A stretch of 64,000 bases of DNA from Methylophilaceae bacterium. Its GTDB lineage: Bacteria; Pseudomonadota; Gammaproteobacteria; Burkholderiales; Methylophilaceae. Position 1 is the stretch's first letter; every line of letters begins with the position of its first letter. The notes under the pieces were generated by a model. The model was given only the letters and a program-made list of their open reading frames with translations, was not told the DNA's origin and searched no databases. The position numbers and the translations under genes are program-made. Shown piece by piece: positions 41,697 to 53,307 of this stretch. Location of the stretch: assembly GCA_036504995.1 (NCBI GenBank), contig DASXUG010000001.1, forward strand, positions 118,077 to 182,076. Reading direction: 5' to 3'.

Positions 41697-44300
41697 TTGA
41701 AAATTCGATTAATCACACTGACTATCGGCTTGTTGCCGTTTAATATTTCGCAATTAAGTGCAGCAGAGCTTAACTCTGTTGCCCATGATGTTGTGCAAGA
41801 AAATGGTGAGCCAGTACGCTTAATACTGGATTGGACCTTGCTTGCTGAAAATATGAGTGTGGTGCCGCAAGCTGAAGCGGGGACAGTTGAGCAGAAGAAA
41901 AAGACAAAAGTCGACAAGCGTCAAAGTGTTGCGATTGAAAACACCCCAATTCAGAAGATCAAGCTAAGAATGAGCCCTGCGATTGCCAATTTTGAGCCAC
42001 TAAATGAAACAGTCGAGGATGCAGCCAATGTAAGCGAAAACAATACGCCAGTTTCACCTGATGCCATTGTGATTCAGGGCGATAAAATGCAGATTTATCA
42101 AGACCGTCAATACACCACCACAGGTAACGCTGCCTTACTTAAGCAAGGGCAAAACATCTATGGAGACACGATTAACTACGATGTTGAAAATGGCCAGCTT
42201 AATGTAGTAGGTAACAGTAAGATTGTGGCGCAAGAAAGCGTGGTTGATGGCTCAGAACTTCATATGCGCTTAGACGATAACGTGGGTGAGATGAAAGACT
42301 CCAGTTTTACCATGAGCACTCCAGGTCGAGGCTTGACCCGCTCTGCACAGCCCCAAACACCCACGCTTTACAATGATATTGCGGAAAATAATCAATCTTA
42401 CACCCAACAAAATATTGATGATAACTCCTCCGTTAACACTCCGCTCGATGGGGCGGTGAAGTCGCGTGGCGATGCGGATACGATTCTATTTGAAGGCCAA
42501 AATAGAAAGCGCTTAAAAAATGCGCGTATTACCACCTGTGAAGTGGGCAATAATGACTGGTATATAAAGTCTAGTGACTTAGAGTTGGATGACTATACCA
42601 AAACGGGTACTGGTCGTAACGCCCGCGTTGAGTTCAAAGATGTGCCTATCTTATACACACCTTGGATACGCTTTCCCTATTCTAATGAGCGTAAATCTGG
42701 CTTTCTCGCACCTACTATAGGAACTACTTCAAAAAGTGGTTTGGAAATGGTGGCGCCGTATTATTGGAACATTTCTCCTAATATGGATGCCACTTTAGCA
42801 GCGCGGTATTTATCTAAACGCGGTATTCAGTTGCAAGGTGAGTTTAGATATCTGGATGAGCATTATTCAGGTATTAATAATATTGAATATTTAAATAATG
42901 ATGACTCGACCGATAAAACGCGTTTTTATATCAAACTTAAGCACCAGCAGACCTTAAGCAATGGCGTTTCATTTAATTATGATTATTCCAAAGTGTCAGA
43001 TAATGCATATTTCTCGGATATGACCTCGCGCATTATTACCACCAGTTTGGTCAATCTGCCGCAACAGGCTTCTGTCAGTTATAGCTATGGCGGTTGGGGC
43101 TTTAATGCACTAGTGCAAAAATATCAAACACTCGATAATGTTTCATTTCCTTACGAGCGTTTGCCACAAATCACTGCTACAACCGATCAAGACTTTGGAC
43201 CGTTCAATTTTAAAATGAATAACCAGTTTGTGCGCTTTGATACAGATTTGAGCGCTCCACAAACTTTGGTAAAAGGTAATCGCTTTTCTACCTACCCAAG
43301 CATAAGCCTACCCTATGCGGTGCCTTTTGGTTATATTACGCCTAAGCTTGGTGTGAGCTATACCAATTACGACTTAACTAATTTTGCGCCAACTGGCTTG
43401 GATGCAAACTCTACGCGCACACTGCCGATTTTCAGTTTAGATACAGGCGTGTTTTTTGACCGTAAAACCAAAATTGGCAAAAATAGTTACACGCAAACGT
43501 TAGAGCCGCGTTTGTTCTATGTTTATATTCCGTACCAAGATCAATCCAAGATGCCTGTGTTTGATTCGGCGCTGGCTGATTTAAATTTGGGTACGTTGTT
43601 TCTTGAAAATCAATACGTGGGCGGTGATCGTGTCAACAATGCAAACCAGTTGAGCATGGCGGTAACCAGTCGCTTATTTGATGCGAATACGGGGGTACAG
43701 CGCTTGGCCGCTACCTTGGGGCAGCGCTTCTATTTTACCGAGCAAAAAGTAGGCTTGCCAAGTGAAACATTACGCACTAGTGATAGTTCGGACATCGTGG
43801 CTGCTATTACAGCGCGTTTGCGTAATAATTGGGCTTTAGACTCAGCCTTACAATACAACACTTCGGGTAATGATATTGTAAAGGCCAATATTGGCACGCG
43901 TTACAATCCAGAACCAGGCAAAGTGCTTAACCTGAGTTATCGCTATACCCAAGCGCAAGCATCGTCTGCTGTAGGGGCACTGAATCAGGTCAACGTGTCT
44001 GGACAGTGGCCGTTAGGTAAGGGGTATTATGGCGTAGGGCGTTATAATTACTCATTAGAAGATAAACAGCCTATTGAAGTGCTAGCAGGTATCGAATATG
44101 ATGCGAGTTGCTGGAAGACGCGTGCTGTGATGCAACGCCTGACCACTACCACTGGTGATGCTAACTATGCCTTCTTTTTACAACTTGAGTTAGATGGTTT
44201 AGCCTCTGTGGGCTCAAACCCCATGACTTTATTAAGCCGTGAAATCCCTGGATATTCTAAAAACATTCCCGATGCATATCGACAAGAAAACCGTGAGTAA
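41697..44300 (+). CDS. lptD: LPS-assembly outer-membrane protein LptD
   Basis: 867 aa, signal peptide, large beta-barrel. Followed by surA-pdxA-rsmA. TTG start; the exact start is uncertain. Confidence 0.92.
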   Translation: MKIRLITLTIGLLPFNISQLSAAELNSVAHDVVQENGEPVRLILDWTLLAENMSVVPQAEAGTVEQKKKTKVDKRQSVAIENTPIQKIKLRMSPAIANFEPLNETVEDAANVSENNTPVSPDAIVIQGDKMQIYQDRQYTTTGNAALLKQGQNIYGDTINYDVENGQLNVVGNSKIVAQESVVDGSELHMRLDDNVGEMKDSSFTMSTPGRGLTRSAQPQTPTLYNDIAENNQSYTQQNIDDNSSVNTPLDGAVKSRGDADTILFEGQNRKRLKNARITTCEVGNNDWYIKSSDLELDDYTKTGTGRNARVEFKDVPILYTPWIRFPYSNERKSGFLAPTIGTTSKSGLEMVAPYYWNISPNMDATLAARYLSKRGIQLQGEFRYLDEHYSGINNIEYLNNDDSTDKTRFYIKLKHQQTLSNGVSFNYDYSKVSDNAYFSDMTSRIITTSLVNLPQQASVSYSYGGWGFNALVQKYQTLDNVSFPYERLPQITATTDQDFGPFNFKMNNQFVRFDTDLSAPQTLVKGNRFSTYPSISLPYAVPFGYITPKLGVSYTNYDLTNFAPTGLDANSTRTLPIFSLDTGVFFDRKTKIGKNSYTQTLEPRLFYVYIPYQDQSKMPVFDSALADLNLGTLFLENQYVGGDRVNNANQLSMAVTSRLFDANTGVQRLAATLGQRFYFTEQKVGLPSETLRTSDSSDIVAAITARLRNNWALDSALQYNTSGNDIVKANIGTRYNPEPGKVLNLSYRYTQAQASSAVGALNQVNVSGQWPLGKGYYGVGRYNYSLEDKQPIEVLAGIEYDASCWKTRAVMQRLTTTTGDANYAFFLQLELDGLASVGSNPMTLLSREIPGYSKNIPDAYRQENRE

Positions 44301-44301
44301 A

Positions 44302-45666
44302 ATGCCACACATCGTTAAATTTATGACTAAACCCTTTTCGTTTTTAGGTAAGCAATCTGTTAGATTGTGCAGTTTTCTACTCGTCATGCTGTTTGCTTTC
44401 AGCTTACCACTTCAGTCGCTCGCTAAAGAGGCGGTCGAAGTGGTCAAGATGGATCGTATTGTTGCCGTGGTTGACCAAGGCGTTATCACCGAACATGAGT
44501 TGGATGACCGCATTCGCACCGTAACGGCACAATTAGAGAAGCAGGGTGGTGAGTTGCCGCCTGAGAATATTTTACAAAAGCAAATTTTAGAGCGCTTGAT
44601 TAATGACCGTTTGCAGACGCAACTGGCAGCACAAACAGGCCTGCGCGTCGACGATGCGCAGCTCGATAAAACCATTGAGCGTATCGCTAATCAAAACAAG
44701 ATGGATGTGCCACAATTTAAAAAAGCGCTGGCAGATGATGGGATTGTTTATCGTAAATTTCGTGAAGATATTCGTAACGAAATTTTAATCGCACGCTTAC
44801 GTGAGCGCGAAGTGGATAACAAAATCAATATTACAGAGGCTGAAATTGATAACTATTTAACTACACAAGCAGCAGGTGGTGCCGCTCAAGATGAATATGA
44901 GATTTCACATATTTTGATTCGCTCTCCTGAAAACAGTGATGCCGAAACGCTTAAAAAACTCAAAGAGAAAGCGTCACAAGCTTATTTACAGCTAAAGTCA
45001 GGTGTTGATTTTTCTAAAGTATCGGCCAGCATGTCAGATGCGCCTAATGCGCTAGAGGGTGGCAAGCTGGGTTGGAAGCAAGCTGGGCAAATCCCCGCTA
45101 TGTTTGCCGCAGCACTTAAAACCATGCAAGTGGGAGAGCTTACGCCGATTTTACAAAGCCCGAATGGCTTCCATATTCTAAAGCTGACGAATCGCCGCGG
45201 TGGTTCATCCCCGTTGATGGTGGATCAAACCCATGTGCGTCATATTTTGCTCAAACTCAATGAGGTGATGACAGATAATGATGCTAAGAAAAAAATGGAA
45301 GCGATTAAGCAGCGTTTGGACAGCGGTGAAGATTTTGCGCTTGTGGCAAAACAAGTGTCTGAGGATGGCTCAGCGAGCAATGGTGGGGATTTAGGCTGGG
45401 TTAATCCAGGTGAGACCGTGCCACAATTTGAACAAGCCATGAATTTGCTGGCGATTAAAGAAATTAGTGAGCCGATTCGCAGCCCATTTGGTTGGCACAT
45501 TATGCAAGTGCTAGAGCGTCGTAAACAGGATATGACCAACGAGGCTGCCCGCCTTAAAGCGCGTCAAGAGATTCGTGCACGCAAGGCTGATGAGGCTTAT
45601 CAAGACTGGTTGCGTGAGTTACGTGATCGCGCCTATGTTGAGCTACGCTTAGAAGATAAATACTAA
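44302..45666 (+). CDS. surA: periplasmic chaperone / peptidyl-prolyl isomerase SurA
   Basis: Start set to ATG 44302, 1 nt after the lptD stop (MPHIVKF... with a signal peptide). Two parvulin domains (FHILK..., GWHIMQV). Confidence 0.92.
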   Translation: MPHIVKFMTKPFSFLGKQSVRLCSFLLVMLFAFSLPLQSLAKEAVEVVKMDRIVAVVDQGVITEHELDDRIRTVTAQLEKQGGELPPENILQKQILERLINDRLQTQLAAQTGLRVDDAQLDKTIERIANQNKMDVPQFKKALADDGIVYRKFREDIRNEILIARLREREVDNKINITEAEIDNYLTTQAAGGAAQDEYEISHILIRSPENSDAETLKKLKEKASQAYLQLKSGVDFSKVSASMSDAPNALEGGKLGWKQAGQIPAMFAAALKTMQVGELTPILQSPNGFHILKLTNRRGGSSPLMVDQTHVRHILLKLNEVMTDNDAKKKMEAIKQRLDSGEDFALVAKQVSEDGSASNGGDLGWVNPGETVPQFEQAMNLLAIKEISEPIRSPFGWHIMQVLERRKQDMTNEAARLKARQEIRARKADEAYQDWLRELRDRAYVELRLEDKY

Positions 45667-45733
45667 GCTTATTAACTCAATTATCCAAACCTTGACTAGC
45701 TACTAGCCAAGCACCTAGGACAACTTTAACTCA

Positions 45734-46732
45734 GTGACACAAGCCATACCCTCCATCGTCATTACCTCAGGCGAGCCTGCTGGCATTGGCTTAGACCTTT
45801 GCGCCATGCTCGCCCATCACGCTTTGCCCGCCAAACTGACAGTGATTGCCGATAAAACAGCACTTACGGCACGCGCACAGGCTCTGGGGATTGCTCTGCA
45901 TCTGCAAGATTATGCGCCGCAAGCGCAGCTTGCGCATACTGGTGATGGCACGCTGGAAGTGCTTCATCTCGCTGCATCTCAACCAGTGTTGGCAGGTCAA
46001 CTCAATGTGGCTAATAGCCACTATGTGCTGAACACCTTGGTACGTGCAACAGATGGTTGCCTAAGTGGAGAGTTTGGCGCCATGGTGACCGCGCCTGTGC
46101 ATAAAGGCATCATCAATGATGCGGGCATTGTCTTCACCGGGCACACTGAGTTTATTCAAGAGCACACTCATACCGACGAAGTGGTGATGATGCTGGTCGG
46201 TGGCGGTATGCGCGTAGCACTAGCTTCACGTCATTTGCCGCTTACACAAGTAGCGGGTGCAATCACACAAGCTGGTTTAGAAAAAACCATACGTATTATT
46301 CATGCCGATTTAATCCAAAAGTTCGGTATTCTCAAGCCGCGTATTCTAGTGGCAGGCTTAAACCCACACGCAGGAGAAGGTGGTTATTTAGGCACAGAAG
46401 AAATCACCACGATTAACCCAGTGCTTGAAAAGCTGCGTTTGGAAGGCATGGATTTGGTTGGTGCGTTACCAGCAGATACCATGTTTTCACAAAAGAATAT
46501 GAAGATTGCAGATGCATTTCTCGCCATGTACCACGACCAAGGCTTGGCGGTACTCAAGCACGCCAGTTTTGGCGAGGGGGTGAATATTACATTGGGTTTA
46601 CCGATTGTTCGTACCTCCGTAGATCACGGTACCGCGCTTGATTTAGCAGGCTCAGGCAAGGCCGAGATTGGCAGTTTGATGGCAGCCATCTATTTGGCCA
46701 TTGAGCTTGCCGCCAAGAAAGCCAACATATAA
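45734..46732 (+). CDS. pdxA: 4-hydroxythreonine-4-phosphate dehydrogenase
   Basis: 332 aa. [18 protein letters not shown] and SVDHGTA blocks. GTG start. Confidence 0.93.
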   Translation: MTQAIPSIVITSGEPAGIGLDLCAMLAHHALPAKLTVIADKTALTARAQALGIALHLQDYAPQAQLAHTGDGTLEVLHLAASQPVLAGQLNVANSHYVLNTLVRATDGCLSGEFGAMVTAPVHKGIINDAGIVFTGHTEFIQEHTHTDEVVMMLVGGGMRVALASRHLPLTQVAGAITQAGLEKTIRIIHADLIQKFGILKPRILVAGLNPHAGEGGYLGTEEITTINPVLEKLRLEGMDLVGALPADTMFSQKNMKIADAFLAMYHDQGLAVLKHASFGEGVNITLGLPIVRTSVDHGTALDLAGSGKAEIGSLMAAIYLAIELAAKKANI

Positions 46733-47500
46733 GTGATGAAACATTTAGCCAAGAAAAGGTTTGGGCAAAACTTTTTAACTGATCAAGCCATTATCAGTAG
46801 TTTAGTCGATGCTATTTCCCCGCAAGCGAATGACTTAATGGTGGAAATTGGCCCAGGATTAGGTGCGCTTACACAACCATTACTCAAGCAGCTCAATCAT
46901 TTGCATGTGGTAGAAATTGATCGGGACATTATTGCGTGGATGCAAAGTTACTATCCTAAAGATAAAGTGACAATACATAACTCCGATGTGTTGAAGTTTG
47001 ATTTTGCAACGATTGGCGAGCGTATTCGCGTGGTGGGCAATCTACCATACAATATTTCCAGCCCTATTTTATTCAAGCTACTCGAAAATACCCATCAAAT
47101 TATTGATATGCACTTTATGTTGCAAAAAGAAGTGGTCGAACGCATGGTTGCCGCCCCTTCAACCTCAGAATATGGGCGCTTGTCGGTCATGTTGCAATAC
47201 CGTTTGCAAATGGAGTATTTGATTACCGTGCCGCCAGAGGCCTTTGAACCAGCCCCCAAAGTAGAGTCTGCATTCGTGCGCTGCGTACCACATACGACAC
47301 TGCCGTATCCAGCTAAAGATGAGACTATATTTGCTAAAGTGGTACAAAGTGCTTTTGGGCAACGCCGTAAAACTTTACGTAATACCCTTAAAGGTTTGCT
47401 CGACGATACAGGATTTGAGCAATTGGGCATAGATTCACAATTGCGCGCAGAAAATCTTGGTTTGCAAGATTTTGTCGCAATTGCAAATCACTTGTCCTGA
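46733..47500 (+). CDS. rsmA: 16S rRNA (adenine1518/1519-N6)-dimethyltransferase
   Basis: 255 aa. KKRFGQNFL and VEIGPGLGALT SAM-binding blocks. Alternative ATG at 46736. Confidence 0.95.
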   Translation: MMKHLAKKRFGQNFLTDQAIISSLVDAISPQANDLMVEIGPGLGALTQPLLKQLNHLHVVEIDRDIIAWMQSYYPKDKVTIHNSDVLKFDFATIGERIRVVGNLPYNISSPILFKLLENTHQIIDMHFMLQKEVVERMVAAPSTSEYGRLSVMLQYRLQMEYLITVPPEAFEPAPKVESAFVRCVPHTTLPYPAKDETIFAKVVQSAFGQRRKTLRNTLKGLLDDTGFEQLGIDSQLRAENLGLQDFVAIANHLS

Positions 47501-47569
47501 TATAATTCTGAAAAACTGTTGGTTTAAGTACAAACATTAAAGTATTTGATATAAGCACTAAATTGATAA

Positions 47570-48244
<675 letters not shown>

Positions 48245-48425
48245 TAATATTAGGGATAAAGGCATTAGTCCGAATGGACTATTGCTGGTGTGGAAACAGG
48301 TCGTTATTATGGCAGCCTACCAAGGTATACACTTATGGTATTGGTGCAAATGAATTTTTCGGTTGAGAACTTTCAAAGCTAGAGACTGCATTTGCAATAT
48401 TAATTTACTTATAAAAAAGGAAGCA

Positions 48426-48932
48426 ATGATGAACGTAGTTAAAACGTTAGCATTGGTAGGCGCCTTATTTGCAGCGCAATCTGCAATGGCAGGTACTTAC
48501 GATTTTGGCTTGATGGGGCCTCCAGATTCAAAGACAATTACTGCTACTTCTGATTCAATTTTTGTAGCTGATAGTGACACATTTACATTTAGTATTAATG
48601 CTGACGCTAATGTAGCTGGCAGCGCACCAAACGTACCTTTGGCCATTTCATGGTTTAAAGTAACAGGTGTTGCAGTTTGGAGTGTTGCGTTACTTGACTC
48701 AACCAATACACAAATTGGCGCAACAGACTACACTACAGATAACTTCTCATTCGCTAATCTTAGCGCTGGTGCTTACTCTTTGGTAGTTAAAACATCTGGT
48801 AATACAAATTACAGCGTAACTTTAACAACTGCGCCTGTTGCAACAGCAGTTCCAGAGCCAGAAGCTTACGCAATGATGTTAGCTGGTTTAGGTTTAGTAG
48901 GTTTTGCGGCACGTCGTAAATTCTCAGCTTAA
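48426..48932 (+). CDS. PEP-CTERM sorting-domain secreted protein
   Basis: Start moved to MMNVVKTLALVGALFAAQSAMA (signal peptide). C-terminal VPEPEAYAMMLAGLGLVGFAARRK matches PEP motif + TM + basic tail. Confidence 0.8.
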   Translation: MMNVVKTLALVGALFAAQSAMAGTYDFGLMGPPDSKTITATSDSIFVADSDTFTFSINADANVAGSAPNVPLAISWFKVTGVAVWSVALLDSTNTQIGATDYTTDNFSFANLSAGAYSLVVKTSGNTNYSVTLTTAPVATAVPEPEAYAMMLAGLGLVGFAARRKFSA

Positions 48933-48955
48933 TCAGATTTTGCATTAAATAAAAT

Positions 48956-48984
48956 AAAAACCCGCTTCGGCGGGTTTTTATTTT
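48956..48984 (+). terminator. intrinsic terminator
   Basis: AAAAA-CCCGC-TTCG-GCGGG-TTTTTATTTT. Confidence 0.8.
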
Positions 48985-49023
48985 ATGCTCTTAAAAGTAT
49001 TAATCATTTTATAAAGTATTGTT

Positions 49024-49365
49024 ATGACTCAATTACCCCCATGCCCTCAATGTCAATCTGAATACACCTATGAAGATGGTGATAATTATGTATGCCCTGA
49101 GTGTGCTCACGAGTGGAGCAAAACTACTAGTGCAGAGTCCGGCGAAGCTAATAAAGTGATACGTGATGCAAATGGTAATGTGCTTCAAGATGGCGACACT
49201 ATTACCGTGATTAAAGACTTGAAAGTGAAAGGCTCTTCTTCGTTGGTGAAGGTTGGCACCAAGGTGAAAAATATCCGTTTAGTCGATGGTGATCACGACA
49301 TTGATTGCAAGATAGACGGTTTTGGTGCGATGAAACTGAAGTCTGAGTTTGTGAAAAAGGCTTAA
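49024..49365 (+). CDS. zinc-ribbon protein YjdM/PhnA family
   Basis: 113 aa. CPQC...CPEC N-terminal zinc ribbon and a C-terminal SH3-like PhnA domain ([32 protein letters not shown]). Confidence 0.85.
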   Translation: MTQLPPCPQCQSEYTYEDGDNYVCPECAHEWSKTTSAESGEANKVIRDANGNVLQDGDTITVIKDLKVKGSSSLVKVGTKVKNIRLVDGDHDIDCKIDGFGAMKLKSEFVKKA

Positions 49366-49416
49366 GCCTTTTAGCATTCCTATTTTTGCGTGGATATTTA
49401 GCAATATGATATTTCG

Positions 49417-51351
49417 CTAAATATCTGCCTTATCAAAAAACTTAACCACTTGCGGTTGTGGTAGTTGCAAAATGTTTTTTCTTACTTTGCCCATTACGTG
49501 CATTTCACAGGGTTTGCAGTCAAATTTAAGCGTATAGCGGTCATTGCCGCTAATCAGCGTCATAGGCTCTGCCGTTACCGTACCTTGCACACCGATCACG
49601 CCCTTGGCCTCTTTGGGGCACAAGCCGTGGCTGTAGCGTAGGCAATGTTTGGTAATCATCACAGGCACTTCGCCCAACTCTTCATTGGATTCATAAGCTT
49701 TTGCGATGATTTTTACGCCATGTTTTTGGTAAAAAGCGCGCGCTTGCTGGTTATAAACATTGGCAAGATAAGTGAGCGTATCTTCTGGATAGGTCGCAGG
49801 AGGCTCAATGGCAGCGCGCCTAGTTGGTCGGTCGTAGCCCAATGCGCGGACCTGCATCAGTTGATCAATGGCTTCACGCCGTAAGTTGTTAACTACGGAG
49901 GCTGGCAAAAACCAAGCTTGGCTGATTTCTAAATGGACCGCTTTTATAATAAAGTCGGTGCTGCCTAATTTGCTTAAATTGTCTTTTAGGTTGGTCTCGG
50001 CTTTGTGGCTATCGTTGGCGACTTGTTTTTCTGCAACACATTGTGCGGTGGTGCTAAACCCATGTTCATCTGTGAGGGTAAGTGCAAAACCTTCACGTGT
50101 TTCGTAAAGTGTCATCTCGACAGCGATTTTTCGGCTGGCGGATTCTTTCTCCAGCAGGCGCATAAAAGCGTGGTCGCGGTTGCGATAAATCATGGTGTTG
50201 TTGCGAATATCAACAGGCATTTCGTTCGGGTACAGTCTTTGACTTTGTTTGGAGCTGCTTTGAACAGTATTCACACGCAAGCCAACTAGCGCTTTATGCA
50301 CATCAAAAAAACATACGCCATCACCATTATGCAGATCAATATCGGTGGCAACTTCAATAAAATCCTTGCCCACTTTTGTGACTTTGCCTAGTTCTTCGCC
50401 TGCAAATTTGGGGGTATCAAATGCACCGATGTCGGCTTGGCGACCGTTGGCGAAATAATCTGTAGCACTACGGTTAAAGGTTTTTTCTGGCTGTGGGGTA
50501 AAGGTGTAAGTCGCGTATCCTGCGGATGTTTTCGCATATTCTGGCATATCTAACAAAATGTCATCCAACAACTGGCGATAATGTGCAGTGGCATTTTTTA
50601 CATAGGGTAAATCTTTGTAGCGACCTTCAATTTTAAAGCTACTGATCCCTGCATCAATTAATGCGCGTAAGTTGGCACTTTGATCGTTATCTTTCATGGA
50701 CAGATAGTGTTTGTCTTTGCCGATGATGCGGCCTTTTTGGTCTTCTAAAGTATAAGGCAGGCGACACTCTTGTGAACATTCGCCACGGTTAGCGCTACGC
50801 CCTGTATGTGCGTGGCTGATAAAACATTGACCGCTAAATGCGACACATAATGCACCGTGGATAAAATATTCCAAATTGGCCGTGGTCGCATCTGCAATTT
50901 GCTTGACGGTACGAATATCCAGTTCACGTGCCAGCACCAGTTGACTAAAGCCGACTTGGTCTAAAAATTGTGCTTTTTCGACGGTACGAATATCGGTTTG
51001 TGTGCTTGCATGTAGTTGAATGGGCGGTAAATCCATTTCCAATAAGCCCATGTCTTGTACGATCAGTGCGTCCACACCGGCTTCGTACAACTGATGTACC
51101 AATTGGCGCACACCCTCAAGCTCGTTGTCATGAAAAATGGTATTGAGTGCTACGAAAACTTCGGCATGATAGCGATGTGCGTGTTTAGCTAAGCGTGCAA
51201 TATCCATTACTGAGTTAGGCGCCTTGGCGCGCGCACCAAAGGCAGGGCCACCAATATAGACTGCATCCGCACCATGGTTGATGGCTTCAATGCCGAAATC
51301 GGCATTTTTAGCAGGGGCGAGGAGTTCGAGGTGGCGACGGGAGAGCTTCAT
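49417..51351 (-). CDS. peptidase U32 family protein, long form with C-terminal extension
   Basis: 644 aa. ELLAPAKN...GADAVYIG N-terminus and E..HGA.C...SG.C block typical of U32 (collagenase-like / RNA or quinone hydroxylation-associated) proteins. Confidence 0.8.
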   Translation of the reverse strand: MKLSRRHLELLAPAKNADFGIEAINHGADAVYIGGPAFGARAKAPNSVMDIARLAKHAHRYHAEVFVALNTIFHDNELEGVRQLVHQLYEAGVDALIVQDMGLLEMDLPPIQLHASTQTDIRTVEKAQFLDQVGFSQLVLARELDIRTVKQIADATTANLEYFIHGALCVAFSGQCFISHAHTGRSANRGECSQECRLPYTLEDQKGRIIGKDKHYLSMKDNDQSANLRALIDAGISSFKIEGRYKDLPYVKNATAHYRQLLDDILLDMPEYAKTSAGYATYTFTPQPEKTFNRSATDYFANGRQADIGAFDTPKFAGEELGKVTKVGKDFIEVATDIDLHNGDGVCFFDVHKALVGLRVNTVQSSSKQSQRLYPNEMPVDIRNNTMIYRNRDHAFMRLLEKESASRKIAVEMTLYETREGFALTLTDEHGFSTTAQCVAEKQVANDSHKAETNLKDNLSKLGSTDFIIKAVHLEISQAWFLPASVVNNLRREAIDQLMQVRALGYDRPTRRAAIEPPATYPEDTLTYLANVYNQQARAFYQKHGVKIIAKAYESNEELGEVPVMITKHCLRYSHGLCPKEAKGVIGVQGTVTAEPMTLISGNDRYTLKFDCKPCEMHVMGKVRKNILQLPQPQVVKFFDKADI

Positions 51352-51624
51352 GTTGAACGGGGCTAACGGATAATTTAAAACTATAACATTTTCTATCCAA
51401 GATTAGGGTGGTCAGTGAAATGATGCATGATTGATTTCTGTATAGACTTAATTTTTGGATAGATACTTCAGAATAAATGGATTAAAAATTTGAATGCTAG
51501 TGTACAAGCCTTAAGACTTGGATATACTTGATATTGCAAGCCTAACGAATATATAAAGATTGGGTGTCTATCAGTAACTGCTTATTGATAACAACCCAGT
51601 GACGAAATCGGGTAAATTTGAGCC

Positions 51625-53232
51625 ATGAGTTTTTTTAAGAATTTATTATCACAATGGCGCAGCAGCCTAATCTTTAAAGCGATTATCAAGATTGCATTAA
51701 TCGGTCTTGGTGTGCTTTTCATTTTTTCTATTATTAGCTTTTACGCAGTCAAGCAACTGGAGTCTAGTCATGCACAAGACCACGTTGCGCAACTAATACC
51801 TACTGTAGAAAGTACAGTGCGTATTGCTTGTTATTTAAAAGATCAGCGTTTAGCCAATGAAATTGCTAAAGGGTTAATGAGCAATTTATCTGTAGCTGGC
51901 GTGCGAATTACGGCGTATGGCAAAGTTTTGGCCGAGGTTAAAAACAACTATATCGATATTGACCAAGTTAACCCAAGCCAGCGCATAAGTAAAAAAGTAA
52001 GTTCGATTATTGATAGTGAAGTCAATATCGGGGAAATTATCATTGTTTCAGACAAGGCTTATATACAGGCTCAAGCTAGTAGTTATTCATCATTGGTGGC
52101 GCTTATTTTGTGTATTGCCGTAGTTTTATCTACAGCACTGATTGCTTTTATTGTATTGCGCAATATCTTGCAACCTATCAAGCTGTTTGCCAGCAATTTA
52201 CACAGATTTGATCCGCAATCTATGCAGCGATTAGAACCGCCTGCTGAGCATAAAGCGGACGAGTTAGGCAGCCTTGCCGATGACTTTAATAGCCTGATTG
52301 ATCGCGCTGCCGTGATACAAAAGCGAGAGCGCTTTTTAACAAAGCAGATTGAGCAGAACGATCGGAAATTTAGGGTGCTGGTAGAGAACTCGGTGATTGG
52401 TTTGTTTGAAGTCAACGAAGCAGGGGAGTTATTAAGTGCTAATAGTGCTTTTTATACCATTTTTAATATTCCAGAAGATAGAAAAGATGAGCCACACACC
52501 CTCAATCTAAAGCAGTTATTGCCAAGTGATGCTAATCGTATTGCTAAGATGGTTAATCGCGTATCTCTGGATAAAATACAGCAAAAGCAAGAGTTTGAGA
52601 TGATCTCTCGCCTAAGTAAAACCAGCTCATGGCTACAAATGATATTGGAATATGGTGAGAATGGTGCAATTCAAGGCTTGGTACATGATGTGACTGACCA
52701 TAAAAAGAAAGCGCTGGAAACGCAATCAATGTTGGAACGTGACACGCTGACGGGCGCCTATAATCGACGCGGGATGTATGCAAGACTGGATGCCGTATAT
52801 GAGGCTTTTGTATCTGATAACAACCATGGCTTTACCATTATGCTGGTTGACTTAGATTGGTTTAAACAGGTTAATGATACCTATGGGCACGAAGCGGGTG
52901 ATATAGTGCTTACTATCGTTACGCGTCGCTTAGAGTCTATATTGCGTGATGATGACACGATTGCGCGGCTGGGTGGTGATGAGTTCTTGTTGATACTGCC
53001 TACGCTCAAAATACGGGAGTGGGCAACGCATTTGGGTGAGCGTATTATCGGTTCGCTCATGAGCGAAATTAATATCGGTGAAGGCCGTATTGTAAAAATT
53101 GGCGCGAGTATTGGCGTAGCCACTAGCCACGCCAAAGACACCAGTATGGATATGCTGCTTAAACGCGCGGATGCTGCAATGTACAGTGCTAAGCGTGCAG
53201 GTAAGTGCCAACTTTACTATTCAGATTATTAG
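51625..53232 (+). CDS. membrane-anchored diguanylate cyclase (TM-HAMP-like-PAS-GGDEF)
   Basis: 535 aa. Two TM segments, a PAS-like region, and DLDWFKQVND...RLGGDEFLL GGDEF blocks. Confidence 0.88.
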   Translation: MSFFKNLLSQWRSSLIFKAIIKIALIGLGVLFIFSIISFYAVKQLESSHAQDHVAQLIPTVESTVRIACYLKDQRLANEIAKGLMSNLSVAGVRITAYGKVLAEVKNNYIDIDQVNPSQRISKKVSSIIDSEVNIGEIIIVSDKAYIQAQASSYSSLVALILCIAVVLSTALIAFIVLRNILQPIKLFASNLHRFDPQSMQRLEPPAEHKADELGSLADDFNSLIDRAAVIQKRERFLTKQIEQNDRKFRVLVENSVIGLFEVNEAGELLSANSAFYTIFNIPEDRKDEPHTLNLKQLLPSDANRIAKMVNRVSLDKIQQKQEFEMISRLSKTSSWLQMILEYGENGAIQGLVHDVTDHKKKALETQSMLERDTLTGAYNRRGMYARLDAVYEAFVSDNNHGFTIMLVDLDWFKQVNDTYGHEAGDIVLTIVTRRLESILRDDDTIARLGGDEFLLILPTLKIREWATHLGERIIGSLMSEINIGEGRIVKIGASIGVATSHAKDTSMDMLLKRADAAMYSAKRAGKCQLYYSDY

Positions 53233-53307
53233 TGCGCTCTGAATAGTAAAGTTTAGTCAAAAACCAGACAACAGACTCACTCACGGTGGCCTAGTTGAGC
53301 TGTATTA

